Positions 42,275 through 52,350 of a stretch of 64,000 bases of DNA are shown here, one piece after another (position 1 is the stretch's first letter; the number at the start of each line of letters is the position of its first letter). The stretch comes from Sandaracinaceae bacterium. GTDB taxonomy: Bacteria; Myxococcota_A; Polyangia; Polyangiales; Sandaracinaceae. The position numbers and the translations under genes are program-made. Under the pieces are notes generated by a model. The model was not told the DNA's origin. It saw nothing but the letters and a program-made list of their open reading frames with translations, and made no database searches. The stretch covers positions 64,316-128,315 of the forward strand of contig JBGAQA010000008.1 of assembly GCA_044220955.1 (NCBI GenBank), written 5' to 3'.

Positions 42275-44303
42275 GTGCGTCGCGTCGAAGACCACGACGA
42301 AGCCGAGCGATCGGTAGAGCCGCGATCTTCTCGCTGCGCCTCTCCTTCGGGTGGAAGTCCCGACTCGGTAAGCGCCGGCGCGCCGAGTAGCAGGCTCCGG
42401 GTGCCTGGCCGAGAGGTCTACGCCCAAGCGGAGCGTCGAAAGCCCGCGAGGCGGCGAGAGCCGCGCAGCGGGGAGCGAGCACACGGGCCGCAATACGAAG
42501 TGAAGCCTGCAGCCTCGACAGAGAAACAATCCGAGAGCCGAGCCGCTCATCTCACGGCGAAGGCAACATCGCGCGGACCAGCACCGGAACGTGCGCGCGG
42601 TCTCGGCGGGGTATGGGGAGCAGCACGTGTGCACGGAGAGGAGCGGAACGCGAGAGACCCGTCTGCGCAGCGGTCGTCGCCGCAAGCGCGTGCGTATAAG
42701 CCGGAGGCGAAATCGCACGCGGCGCAGCGGGAGTCCGAGGGGGCCGTAGTAGTGGCGATCGCGGCGCAGAAGAACGCCGCGGGAGCGAAGGACCCCTGCT
42801 TTGGTCATGTCGGAGGAGCAGGTAAGCGCGAGGGAATGGCCGCCAGGAGCGGACCTAACGACCCCGGCGGCCGACGGCCGTTCGACAAAGTGCGACAACT
42901 GCGACGACGACTGTGGGCCGCAGCCAAGCGGGCTCCGGGTAGACGCTTCCACGCGCTGTACGATCACATCGCGCGGAGTGACGTCCTCGCGGAAGCGTGG
43001 AAGCGGGTGCGCGCGAACAGGGGAGCGGCGGGCGTCGATGGTGTGACGCTCGTCGAGATCGAACAGCGCGGTGTCGATGTCTTCCTGGAAGGGATCGGCG
43101 CAGCGCTGCGCGAGGGGACGTACCGGCCGGCCGTGGTCCTGCGCCGGTACATCCCGAAGGCCGATGGAAAGCAGCGGCCCTTGGGCATCCCGACGGTACG
43201 GGACCGTGTGGTCCAGATGGCGGCGACGCTCGTGCTGGAGCCGATCTTCGAGGCGGACTTTCTTCCGTCCTCGTACGGCTTCCGGCCCGGGCGAAGCGCG
43301 ACGATGGCGCTCGAGACCCTGCGCAAGCAGGGGAGCAAGAGCCATCACGTGCTCGACGCCGACATCCGCGACTACTTCGGAAGCATCGACCACGACAAGC
43401 TGCTGAAGCTCGTCGCGCGTCGAGTCTCGGATCGCCGAGTGCTCAAGCTGGTGAGGCAGTGGCTCGAAGCGGGCGTGATGGAAGACGGTGCCGTGACGGG
43501 GACGACGAAGGGCACGCCGCAAGGCGGGGTCATCTCGCCGCTCCTGTCGAACGTCTACCTGCACGTACTCGACGCGATGTGGCAACGCCACGGCGCGAAG
43601 GAGTACGGAACGCTCGTGCGCTACGCCGACGACTTCGTCGTCATCACGAGGACGAAGTCGGCGTGCGCGGCGGCCGAAGAGCGCATCGGGGTCATCCTGA
43701 AGCGTCTCGGTCTGGAGCTGCATCCCGACAAGACGAGGAAGGTGGAGCTCTTCGATGGCAAGGAGGGCTTCGACTTCCTCGGCTGCCATCTGCACAAGCG
43801 CATGAGCGGCGCGATCTGGGAACGGGAAGGACGCCGTGTGTACTTCCTGCACCGAGAGCCGTCGCAGCGTGCGATGAAGCGGATCCGGCAGCGTGTGCGT
43901 GAGCTGACTCCGAGGGGACGCTGTCACGTCGACACGCGCGACGTGATCGCCGATCTCAACCCTGTGCTTCGCGGCTGGGGCGAGTACTTCCGCACCGGGA
44001 ACGCCGCCAAGCGATTCAACCAGCTCGACTCGTACGTGTGGCAACGCCTCCGAGCGCTCCGCGTGAAGAGGAAGGGCCGCAACGTGCGACCGCGCGATCT
44101 CGATCGCTGGTCCCGCGACTACTTCGTCGGCCTCGGGCTCCACCGCCTGCGAGGCACCGTCCAATACCCGGGGGCCGCGTAATGCGTCGACCCGAGAGAC
44201 CATCGGCAAGCCGTGTGCGGGAAATCCGCACGCACGGTTTGAAAGGGGATCCTGCCCTTTCACCGATGAAACCCATCGTGTGAAAGGGCAGGATCTACCA
44301 ATG
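42275..44303 (+). mobile_element. Group II intron (ribozyme plus intron-encoded RT); boundaries +/-1 nt
   Basis: 5' GTGCG; GGGTGGAAGTCCC stem; domain V AAGCCGTGTGCGGGAAATCCGCACGCACGGTTT; long domain VI stem with bulged A at 44297. Confidence 0.9.
42836..44182 (+). CDS. ltrA: Group II intron reverse transcriptase/maturase without endonuclease domain
   Basis: [62 protein letters not shown], domain [13 protein letters not shown]. Confidence 0.95.
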   Translation: MAARSGPNDPGGRRPFDKVRQLRRRLWAAAKRAPGRRFHALYDHIARSDVLAEAWKRVRANRGAAGVDGVTLVEIEQRGVDVFLEGIGAALREGTYRPAVVLRRYIPKADGKQRPLGIPTVRDRVVQMAATLVLEPIFEADFLPSSYGFRPGRSATMALETLRKQGSKSHHVLDADIRDYFGSIDHDKLLKLVARRVSDRRVLKLVRQWLEAGVMEDGAVTGTTKGTPQGGVISPLLSNVYLHVLDAMWQRHGAKEYGTLVRYADDFVVITRTKSACAAAEERIGVILKRLGLELHPDKTRKVELFDGKEGFDFLGCHLHKRMSGAIWEREGRRVYFLHREPSQRAMKRIRQRVRELTPRGRCHVDTRDVIADLNPVLRGWGEYFRTGNAAKRFNQLDSYVWQRLRALRVKRKGRNVRPRDLDRWSRDYFVGLGLHRLRGTVQYPGAA

Positions 44304-46067
44304 AAGCGCGCCCCGCTCGCCCTGCTCGCCTGCTTCGTCGCCCTGACCGCGCCCGCGGCGCACGCGTACGAGCCAGACCCCTTCGCGCTCGGCGCGCCGC
44401 CGTCCTTCTTCGCGCGCTACACGCGCTACGCGGTCGCGGCCGACACGCCGCTCGCGTCGCAGGCCGGCGCCGACATCCTCGGGGCCGGCGGGAACGCCGC
44501 CGACGCGGCCGTCGCCACGGTGCTCGCGCTCGGCGTCGCCAGCCCGGCCTCGAGCGGCCTCGGGGGCGGAGGCTTCGCGCTCTACTATCGGGCGTCCGAC
44601 CGCACGCTGACCCTCCTCGACTTCCGCGAGCGCGCGCCCGCCGCGGCGAGGCCCGACATGTTCGCGCGCCGCGCGGACGAGGACGACGCCGCCGCGTCCG
44701 CGCGCTCGCAGACGGGTGGCCTGGCCGTCGGCGTTCCAGGCGAGCCCGCCGGACTCGACGCGATCCTGACGCGATTCGGCTCGGGTCGTGTCGCGCGCGC
44801 GGCCATCGCACGCCCGGCCGAGCGGCTCGCACGCGAGGGTGTCCCGGCCACCCGCTACGTCGCCACGCAGTCGCAGGCGTTCGTCGCGCTCCTCGCCGCC
44901 GACCCCGTGCTCCAGACGTTCCTGCCGACGCCGACGACGCCGATCGCGCGAGGCCAGCGGCTCGTCAACCCGATGCTGGCCCGGACGATCCACCAGTTCG
45001 GCGCGCGCGGCGCGGAGCCCTTCTATCGCGGCGCGATCGCGCGGGAGATCGCGCGGGTCGTCTCCGCGCATGGCGGTGTGCTCACGGCTGCCGACCTCGA
45101 GGCGTACGAGGTCCGTGAGCGTGCGCCGCTGCGGGCGACGCGCTTCGGACACGAGATCGTGACGGCGCCGCCGCCCTCGGCAGGAGGCTTCACCTTGCTC
45201 GCGAGCCTCGGGCTCCTCGAGCGCTGGATGCCCGCGCCGCGCGAGGGTGCGGCGCTCCGCCACGCGCTCGCCGAGAGCTGGGTCGGTCCCTTCGGCGATC
45301 GCCAGGCCTACGCCGGCGACCCCGACTTCGCCGCGATCCCGGTCGACGCGATGCTGGCCGACGATCGCTTGGCGGCGCGCGCGACTCTCTTCGATCCGCA
45401 CGGGCACCGCGGCCCGCTCGCGTGGGCGCTGCCCCTGCCCGGCTCCGAGCCGGCGAGCACGGCGGGCGGCGAGGACCACGGGACCTCGCACGTCTGCGTC
45501 GTCGACGCCGAGGGCAACGTGATGGCGCTGACCACCACGATCAACCTCCAGTTCGGTGCGCGCCTCACCGCCGCGGGGATGATCCTCAACGATCAGATGG
45601 ACGACTTCGCGCGCGAGGTCGGCGTGGCGAACGCGTTCGGCCTCGTCGGCGGCGCGCTGAACCTGCCCGGCCCGGGGCATCGACCGGTCTCCACGATGTC
45701 GCCGACGATCGTCCTCGATGCGCAGGGGGCACCCCTGCTCTGCATCGGCGGCAGCGGCGGCAGCCGCATCGTGACGGCCGTCGAGCAGGTCCTGATCTTC
45801 ACGCTCTTCGTCGACACGACCGTGGGCGATGCGGTGGCGCGGGCGCGCGTCCACCACCAGGGCGCGCCCGACGTGCTGAGCACCGAGGTCGCGCTTCCGG
45901 CGGATCTGGCGCTCGCGCTCGGGGCGCGCGGACACGACCTGAGCGCGCCGGTCGAGGCCTCGGCGAACGTGCAGGCGATCCGCATCCTGCGCGACGCCTC
46001 GGGGACGATCACGGGCCTGGAAGCGGCGAGCGATCTCCGCAAGGACGGCGAGCCCCGCGGGCTGTAG
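44301..46067 (+). CDS. ggt: Gamma-glutamyltransferase
   Basis: GGNAADAAVA, SSGLGGGGF, DFRERAP, GTSHVCVVD, TTTIN, LNDQMDDF, GGSGGSRI. Confidence 0.93.
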   Translation: MKRAPLALLACFVALTAPAAHAYEPDPFALGAPPSFFARYTRYAVAADTPLASQAGADILGAGGNAADAAVATVLALGVASPASSGLGGGGFALYYRASDRTLTLLDFRERAPAAARPDMFARRADEDDAAASARSQTGGLAVGVPGEPAGLDAILTRFGSGRVARAAIARPAERLAREGVPATRYVATQSQAFVALLAADPVLQTFLPTPTTPIARGQRLVNPMLARTIHQFGARGAEPFYRGAIAREIARVVSAHGGVLTAADLEAYEVRERAPLRATRFGHEIVTAPPPSAGGFTLLASLGLLERWMPAPREGAALRHALAESWVGPFGDRQAYAGDPDFAAIPVDAMLADDRLAARATLFDPHGHRGPLAWALPLPGSEPASTAGGEDHGTSHVCVVDAEGNVMALTTTINLQFGARLTAAGMILNDQMDDFAREVGVANAFGLVGGALNLPGPGHRPVSTMSPTIVLDAQGAPLLCIGGSGGSRIVTAVEQVLIFTLFVDTTVGDAVARARVHHQGAPDVLSTEVALPADLALALGARGHDLSAPVEASANVQAIRILRDASGTITGLEAASDLRKDGEPRGL

Positions 46068-46077
46068 GCTCCCGTCC

Positions 46078-46713
46078 ATGACCACTCCCGACACGATCCA
46101 CTACGTTCGCATCCCCAAGGGCATGGGCGGCCGCGCCGAGATGGTGCGCATGACCTACGTCCTGGCCGGCAAGCCCTACGTCGACGCGCTGGCGTCCTTC
46201 GCGGACGCGAGCAAGACCGTGGCGGGCCACAACCCGTTCAAGCAGTTCCCCTTCGTGACGACCGCGAGCGGTGAGAGCATCTACCAGGCGATCGCGATCA
46301 TGCACCACGCGGCGCACGGCACCTCGGCGTGGCCCAGCGATCCGGCGGTGCTCACGCGGACGCTCTCCGTGGCGATCGGCGCGTACGATCTCTACCAGGC
46401 GTTCGGCGGCTTCGCGGCGGACGACGAGGCCGCGCGCAAGAAGTTCGAGGGGCGCCGGGCGCCGCAGTTCTTCGGCGCGCTCGGCGAGATCTACGCGACC
46501 CGCAAGTACGCGGCGGGCGAGACGCCCTCGTTCGCGGACTGCATCGCCCACCAGGCGATCGCCTGGTGCGTGCGCAAGAACGACGTCTGCAAGGGTCTGC
46601 TCGCGGAGAGCGAGCCGCTCAAGGGCTTCATGACGCGCTTCGAGAGCATCGCCTCGATCAAGGCGTTCATGGAGAAGCAGGCGGCGGCGCGCGCGACCGA
46701 CGACTCGATCTGA
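46078..46713 (+). CDS. Glutathione S-transferase family protein
   Basis: GRAEMVRM, NPFKQFP, IYQAIAI, GETPSFAD. Confidence 0.8.
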   Translation: MTTPDTIHYVRIPKGMGGRAEMVRMTYVLAGKPYVDALASFADASKTVAGHNPFKQFPFVTTASGESIYQAIAIMHHAAHGTSAWPSDPAVLTRTLSVAIGAYDLYQAFGGFAADDEAARKKFEGRRAPQFFGALGEIYATRKYAAGETPSFADCIAHQAIAWCVRKNDVCKGLLAESEPLKGFMTRFESIASIKAFMEKQAAARATDDSI

Positions 46714-46720
46714 GGCGCCG

Positions 46721-47494
46721 GTGCCGGACGAGGAAGTCGGCCCTGCGGGGCGCACGCCGGTCCGCGGCCCCTTCGCGCGCATCATCAGCGTGCTCGGCGG
46801 CATCGTCATGCTGCCCGCCTTCGCCTTCGCCTTCGCGCTCGCCCCGGCGTGCATGGGCTTCGCCGATCCGGCGCTCTCGATGGTCAACGCGTGCCCCGCG
46901 GCGACGGCCGCGCTCGGGGCGCCGATCACTCAGGGATGGCTGGGTCTCTCGTACGGCAACGCCGAGACCGAGGACGACGACGGGCGCGCGAGCTGGTCCA
47001 TGCCGGTCGCGGGCCCGAGCGGACGCGGCACGCTCGACATCCGCGCGATGGAGCGGGCAGGGCGCTGGCAGTTCGGTGCGCTCGTGCTGACGGCCGGTGG
47101 GCACGAGATCGACGTGATCGCGTGCGCTGCCGGGAGCACGGGCGAGGTCGTCGCGATCACGCACCGCGCGCTCGCCGGCACCGCGACGACGATCGTCGGC
47201 GAGCCCGGCGTGGCCAGCGGCGCCGCGTGCACCGTCACGATCGATCCGAGCGAGGGCGCGCAGAGCTGCCACGTCGCCGTCGTGTGCGCCGATCGCACGC
47301 TCTACGGCGAGGGATCCTCCGGATACGGGCACTGTGCCGTCGATGCGGGGGGCGCGCTCGTGATGCGCGACGGCAACCCCGGCTCGGTCGACGGCGACCC
47401 GATGCTCGACCTGCGGCTCGCCGCGAACGAGGTCGTGGTGAGCGATCAGGGACGCGCCGGGACCTGGGTCGTCACGATCACGACCCGCCCCTGA
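46721..47494 (+). CDS. Hypothetical membrane-anchored protein with Coa1-like N-terminal domain
   Basis: CPAATAALGAPI..ASWSMPVAGPSGRGTL..AGRWQF. Confidence 0.55.
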   Translation: MPDEEVGPAGRTPVRGPFARIISVLGGIVMLPAFAFAFALAPACMGFADPALSMVNACPAATAALGAPITQGWLGLSYGNAETEDDDGRASWSMPVAGPSGRGTLDIRAMERAGRWQFGALVLTAGGHEIDVIACAAGSTGEVVAITHRALAGTATTIVGEPGVASGAACTVTIDPSEGAQSCHVAVVCADRTLYGEGSSGYGHCAVDAGGALVMRDGNPGSVDGDPMLDLRLAANEVVVSDQGRAGTWVVTITTRP

Positions 47495-47495
47495 T

Positions 47496-47660
47496 CGGGG
47501 TCACTCCACGCCCCCGCAACCCACCGGGATCATTCGGGTCTGGCGGGTAGGTGCGCGTTTCGTCGAATCCGCCTGGATTGGCGGGCTCCCGCGCAAAACG
47601 CGCACCTGCCCGCAGGAACGCTTTCGGTTCGCGTGGTTACGTGCGTGTGGAGTGACCCCG
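47496..47660. repeat. 165-bp MITE/REPIN-like element with 14-bp perfect terminal inverted repeats
   Basis: CGGGGTCACTCCAC ... GTGGAGTGACCCCG plus a nested 18-bp inverted repeat 47543-47560 / 47596-47613. Confidence 0.75.
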
Positions 47661-47677
47661 TCAGCGGGACCGGGCGG

Positions 47678-49315
47678 TCAGCGCGACCAGCCGAGCATGA
47701 TCACGACGGCGATGGCGTTCTCGCCCGTGTCCGGGCGCGTGCCCTGCGCGACGCCGATGCCGACGTAGTCGACGTCCTCCTCGAAGCTGGGCTCGAGCTC
47801 GGTCGCCTCGTCGAGCACCGTCACGACTGCCATCACGCCGCCGAGCCTGCGGAACGCGAGCGAGAAGCGGCGCATCGCCGTGCTCGCCTGATCGACGGCG
47901 TCCTGCGTCGTCATCTGCGGGTTCGTGAAGAAGTCGGCCGCCGCTTGCTGCGCCGCCGCCTGCAGGTTCGGCTCCATCGAGACGACCCGCGCGCCCCGCG
48001 CCGTGCGCGCGTGGTTGATCGCGTCGAGCACCGTCTGCGGCGCCGCGCCGACGTCGATGGGCTGTGCGAAGCGCAGGAAGACCTCCGTCGCCACGAACGC
48101 CGTGCGGCCGTCGCTTCCGTCCGCGATCACGCCGATGCCGACCACGTTCGCGTCCGCGTTCACGAGGTTCGCGCGGTGCCCGGGGCTCGCGACGAGCCCG
48201 TCGTGGATCTCGCGCGCGGAGTACCCGCGCCCGATGTTCTCGAGCACGAGCCCGCTGTGCAGGCCCGCGGCGCGCACGCGATCGGCGGGCGAGCCCGTCG
48301 TGGGCGACTCGTGGCCGGTGAAGTCGTGCGCGACCATGTCTTGCGAGTGCGCCAGCGCGATGGCCTCCGCGCGCGAGTCGATCGTGAGCGCCGGCAGGCC
48401 CGCGGCGGCGCGGGTCTCGTTCAGCATGCGCAGGAGCTCCGCCTGTACGGACGTCACGTCCGCGCTGCCGCTGCTCGCCTCGGCCTCGGCGTGCACGCGC
48501 ACCGAGGTGGGCACGCTCGTCCCGAGGTAGACGGGGAAGTTCGCGATCACAGAGTCGCCGTGCGGTCCATCCGCGAGCAGCTCCACGTGGTGCTCGCCGC
48601 CGTGGGTGATCGGAATGTGCAGATCGAAGGCGGGCCCCGCGCCGCCCGGGATGCGCGACGTCGAGCCGTCGGGGAGCTGCAGCGCGACGACCGGGTTCGT
48701 GTACCCGCTCGCGAGCGACCCGCGCAGCACCAGCGGGCCCGCCGCCGGTGCGCGCGGCACGGCCTCCATCGTGGCGTCACGCGAGCTGAGCACAATCACG
48801 ACCAGCCAGACGCCGCCGCGCGGCAAGATCACGCCGCCCCAGTGCGTGTACGGCTGCCGACCGAGGAACTGATCCATCGAGCGCTGCACCTGGTCGGGGA
48901 TCGACGCGCGATCCGGCAGCCCCAGCACGAGCACGTGCGGCACCGGCTCGACGAGGCCGAGGTTCCACGCGAAGAACTGGATCACCTCCGAGGGCGGCGG
49001 ATCCGCCCCGTCGCCGAGGTGGTCGCTGATCTGCTGCGCGAGCGTCGCGAGGCGCGGGTCGCCCGTGATCGTGATCGAGCGCCCGGCCGCGGCCGCCTCG
49101 ACCCCCGTGACCACGCCGGCCGCATCACCTCCGCCGATCACCGGGTCGCCGGCCGGGACCGCCGTCGCGTAGCTCGCGACCGAGGGCGTCGGCGCGCTCA
49201 CCTCCTGGCCCGCCGAAACCCCGCCGCTGCCGAGCTCCGTCTGCTGCGCGGGGTGGCAGGCGAAGAGGAGCGCCGAGGCACAGAGATAGAGGTGCAAGCG
49301 GAGGGACGTTCGCAT
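47678..49315 (-). CDS. CAP/SCP-domain lipoprotein
   Basis: LFAC lipobox; LNETRAAAGL..AHSQDM..ENIG..SPGHRANL; second degenerate CAP domain. Confidence 0.85.
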   Translation of the reverse strand: MRTSLRLHLYLCASALLFACHPAQQTELGSGGVSAGQEVSAPTPSVASYATAVPAGDPVIGGGDAAGVVTGVEAAAAGRSITITGDPRLATLAQQISDHLGDGADPPPSEVIQFFAWNLGLVEPVPHVLVLGLPDRASIPDQVQRSMDQFLGRQPYTHWGGVILPRGGVWLVVIVLSSRDATMEAVPRAPAAGPLVLRGSLASGYTNPVVALQLPDGSTSRIPGGAGPAFDLHIPITHGGEHHVELLADGPHGDSVIANFPVYLGTSVPTSVRVHAEAEASSGSADVTSVQAELLRMLNETRAAAGLPALTIDSRAEAIALAHSQDMVAHDFTGHESPTTGSPADRVRAAGLHSGLVLENIGRGYSAREIHDGLVASPGHRANLVNADANVVGIGVIADGSDGRTAFVATEVFLRFAQPIDVGAAPQTVLDAINHARTARGARVVSMEPNLQAAAQQAAADFFTNPQMTTQDAVDQASTAMRRFSLAFRRLGGVMAVVTVLDEATELEPSFEEDVDYVGIGVAQGTRPDTGENAIAVVIMLGWSR

Positions 49316-49494
49316 CCCGCTCCCGTACCACGACCGGGGCTCGTCGAGAATGGAACGGCTCGCCCATGCGGCCCCTTCCGTCGCGCGCGTTCGCGCGCTC
49401 CCGTCCGGGCCTCCGTGGCGAGCACTCTTGTCGAGAATTACCGCGCGCGAGACCGGGTCGATACGCTTCGAGCCAGGAAACGAGGAGGAGCGCG

Positions 49495-49914
49495 ATGTTC
49501 GACTTCCTGAGGCCCCAGCGTCGCGAGATTCGCCGCCGTGCGGTGTACCTGCCCTGCGAGGCGGTGCGCGAGAGCGGCTTCCGGCGCATCGGCGGCCGCA
49601 TCCTCGACCTCGCCGACGACGGCTGCTTCGTGGCGACGGACACGATCTCGCTCGACCTCGGCGAGGAGGTGTTCCTCTCGTTCCAGGCGCCGCGCACGCG
49701 CCAGTGGATGGACGCGCGCGGGATCGTGAGGCGCCGCTCGCGCGGCATGCGCCGCGACGACCACCCGATGGGCCTCGGCCTCGAGCTGCTCGAGATGAGC
49801 CCCGTCGAGCGCGCGATCCTCTCGGCGTCTCTGACGCGCCTGCCGCCGCCGATCCCGACGCGCCGTCAGGTGCCGGACTACGCGGGCTTCGTCCTCTCGA
49901 TCGCCAGCATCTGA
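49495..49914 (+). CDS. PilZ-domain protein
   Basis: RREIRR and ILDLADDGCFV (RxxxR, D/NxSxxG-like) motifs; MGLEL-like strand. Confidence 0.75.
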   Translation: MFDFLRPQRREIRRRAVYLPCEAVRESGFRRIGGRILDLADDGCFVATDTISLDLGEEVFLSFQAPRTRQWMDARGIVRRRSRGMRRDDHPMGLGLELLEMSPVERAILSASLTRLPPPIPTRRQVPDYAGFVLSIASI

Positions 49915-49925
49915 GCCGGGCGGGA

Positions 49926-50903
49926 TCAGCGCGTCCCGAGCTCGATCACGATCGGTGAGTGGTCCGAGGTGTGCGCGGGGAGCTCGCGCACCGAGCGAAT
50001 CGCCGCGCCGCGTACGTACGCGTGATCGAGCCGCATGGGCGGGACGCCGAAGATGCCGTTGGGCCACGTCGTCGCCAGGCCCCGGCCCGCGGCCTCGTGC
50101 GCGTCGACGAGCCCGAGCGCGCGCAGGCGCCGGTGCGCGTAGGCGAAAGGTGACGCGTTGAAGTCGCCGGCCGCGACCACGACGTCGAACGCCTCGACGT
50201 CGCTCGCGAGGCGCGTCGCGAGCCAGTCCATCTGCCGCTGGTAGAGCCCGGCCCATCCGCTCGTCGCGGGCGGCCCGGTGTGCACCGAGTAGATGCGCAG
50301 CGAGCGCCCGCCCACGCCCAGATCCGCGCGCGCGATCGGGACGGACTCGACCCGCTCGATCCCGGCATCGACGAGCGGCCGGCGCGAGAGCACCGCGATC
50401 CCGAAGTAGTCCTGATCGAGCGGGTGCGCCTCGACGACGCGGAAGGGATAGCCCTCGCGCGCGCCGCGGGCGTCGAGCAGGGCGAGCCACTCGACGCTGA
50501 CCTCCTGCAGCGCGAGCACGTCCGCGTCCGCGCCGAGGATCTCGTCGGCGAGCGCGTCGCTCGGTCGCGGCGCGAGCAGGTTCGCGTCCAGGACGCGCAC
50601 GAGCGGCGCCGCGTCCTGGCCATCCCCGTCGCGCCAGGGCAGCCACTCGAAGGTCCAGGCGAGGTGCACGAGCGCGAGCCCGGCCAGCACGGTGGCGATG
50701 CGCCGGTGGCGCCGCGCGAGAGCGATGAGCGCGAGCGGATACGCCGGCAGGAGCGCCCAGAACGCGAGGCTCTCGAGCGGCAAGAGCGGATAGGGCGTCT
50801 GGAACGGCAGGAAGCGAAGCAGGGCGACGAGCGCGAGCCCGCCTGCGAGCGCTGCGTAGAAGCGCGAGGTGTCTCGGGGTCGAGCAGGCAGCGCGGACGG
50901 CAC
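49926..50903 (-). CDS. Membrane-anchored endonuclease/exonuclease/phosphatase family protein
   Basis: DVLALQE, AGDFNA, RLDHAY, SDHSP; N-terminal TMs. Confidence 0.87.
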   Translation of the reverse strand: MPSALPARPRDTSRFYAALAGGLALVALLRFLPFQTPYPLLPLESLAFWALLPAYPLALIALARRHRRIATVLAGLALVHLAWTFEWLPWRDGDGQDAAPLVRVLDANLLAPRPSDALADEILGADADVLALQEVSVEWLALLDARGAREGYPFRVVEAHPLDQDYFGIAVLSRRPLVDAGIERVESVPIARADLGVGGRSLRIYSVHTGPPATSGWAGLYQRQMDWLATRLASDVEAFDVVVAAGDFNASPFAYAHRRLRALGLVDAHEAAGRGLATTWPNGIFGVPPMRLDHAYVRGAAIRSVRELPAHTSDHSPIVIELGTR

Positions 50904-51037
50904 GCACGTACGACGGTACCGCGCCGCACCGCATTTCCACCGCTCGGCCAGCGGGCACGCCGGTCCCGCGAGCGGTCGGAGCAGGAGGGTGAGCGGGCCG
51001 ATCTCGATCGCGCTGGGCGTGTGGTAGATCGCGCCCC

Positions 51038-52240
51038 ATGACCGCCGTTCTCATCGATGGACTCCGCTCTCCCTTCGGCAAGCACCGTGGCGCGCTCTCG
51101 AGCGTGCGGCCCGACGACCTCGCGGGACGCGTGATCGAGGCGCTGCTCGCGAAGCACGAGGCCGCGCGGCGCGACGTGAGCGAGGTGATCCTCGGCTGCG
51201 CGAACCAGTCGGGCGAGGACAACCGCAACGTGGCGCGCATGGCGCTCCTGCTCGCGGGCCTTCCCTACGAGGTGACGGGCGTGACCGTGAACCGGCTCTG
51301 CGCGTCCGGCATGGAGGCTGTGGTGCAGGCGGCGCGCGCGATCGAGACGGGCGATGCCGAGGTGATCGTGGCGGGCGGCGTCGAGTCGATGACGCGCGCG
51401 CCCTACGTGATGGAGAAGTCGAGCGAGCCCTTCCCGCGCACGCCGCCGGCCGTCTACGACACGAGCCTCGGCTGGCGCTTCCCGAACGCGAAGATGATCG
51501 AGCGCTTCCCCCTGCTCTCGATGGGAGAGACGGCCGAGGAGGTCGCGAAGGAGCACGCCATCTCGCGCGCCGACCAGGACGCGTTCGCGGTCGAGTCGCA
51601 GAAGCGCGCGTCGCGCGCGCGCGAGGCGGGCGTCTTCGAGAGGGAGATCCTGCCGATCACGCTGCCTGCGCCGAAGAAGGGCGCGCCGGAGGAGGTGCTG
51701 AAGCACGACGAGGGCATCCGTGCGGACACGACGCTCGAGGCCCTCGCGAAGCTCAAGCCGGTGTTCAAGAAGGACGGCTCGGTCACGGCCGGCAACGCCT
51801 CGACCCTGAACGACGGCGCCGCGGCGCTGATCGTGGCGAGCGAGGCGTGGGCGAAGAAGAACGGCCAGCGGCCGATCGCGAAGATCGTCGCGCGCGCGAC
51901 GGCCGGCGTGCACCCCAGCGTGATGGGCATCGGTCCGGTGCCCGCGACGCAGAAGGCGCTCGCGAGGGCGGGCCTCGGCGTGAAGGACCTCGACCGTGTC
52001 GAGCTCAACGAGGCCTTCGCCGCGCAGTCGCTCGCGTGCGTGCGCGCGCTCGGCCTCGATCCGGAGAAGGTGAACGTGAACGGCGGCGCGATCGCCATCG
52101 GGCACCCGCTCGGCGCGAGCGGCGCACGCCTGCTGCTCACGCTGGTGCGCGAGCTCGAGCGCAGCGGCGGCCGCTACGGCCTCGCCTCGCTCTGCATCGG
52201 CGTCGGCCAGGGCGAGGCGGTCATCGTCGAACGGCTGTGA
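51038..52240 (+). CDS. Thiolase (acetyl-CoA C-acyltransferase, PcaF/PaaJ-like)
   Basis: NRLCASG, NEAFA, GHPLGASG, LCIGVGQG. Confidence 0.94.
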   Translation: MTAVLIDGLRSPFGKHRGALSSVRPDDLAGRVIEALLAKHEAARRDVSEVILGCANQSGEDNRNVARMALLLAGLPYEVTGVTVNRLCASGMEAVVQAARAIETGDAEVIVAGGVESMTRAPYVMEKSSEPFPRTPPAVYDTSLGWRFPNAKMIERFPLLSMGETAEEVAKEHAISRADQDAFAVESQKRASRAREAGVFEREILPITLPAPKKGAPEEVLKHDEGIRADTTLEALAKLKPVFKKDGSVTAGNASTLNDGAAALIVASEAWAKKNGQRPIAKIVARATAGVHPSVMGIGPVPATQKALARAGLGVKDLDRVELNEAFAAQSLACVRALGLDPEKVNVNGGAIAIGHPLGASGARLLLTLVRELERSGGRYGLASLCIGVGQGEAVIVERL

Positions 52241-52350
52241 AGAGCTGTCTCGAAGTCGGGGCGGCTCCCCTCGCGCAGCGTACCGGCCGCGGCAAATCGA
52301 GTCCGGCGCGCGCAGCTCGACAATCTGGCTAGACTGGCTAGAATCATGGC

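Noticed and set aside
42128..42835. N-terminal extension of the RT (684-aa ORF) or a retron/Abi RT
   Set aside because: The upstream frame is the open GC-rich ribozyme sequence; RT similarity starts at ATG 42836 after a GAGGGA SD, and domains V/VI identify a group II intron.
52241..52262. AGAGCTGTCTCGAAGTC as a possible IS or REP end before the TA module
   Set aside because: No partner inverted repeat or second copy was found in the window.
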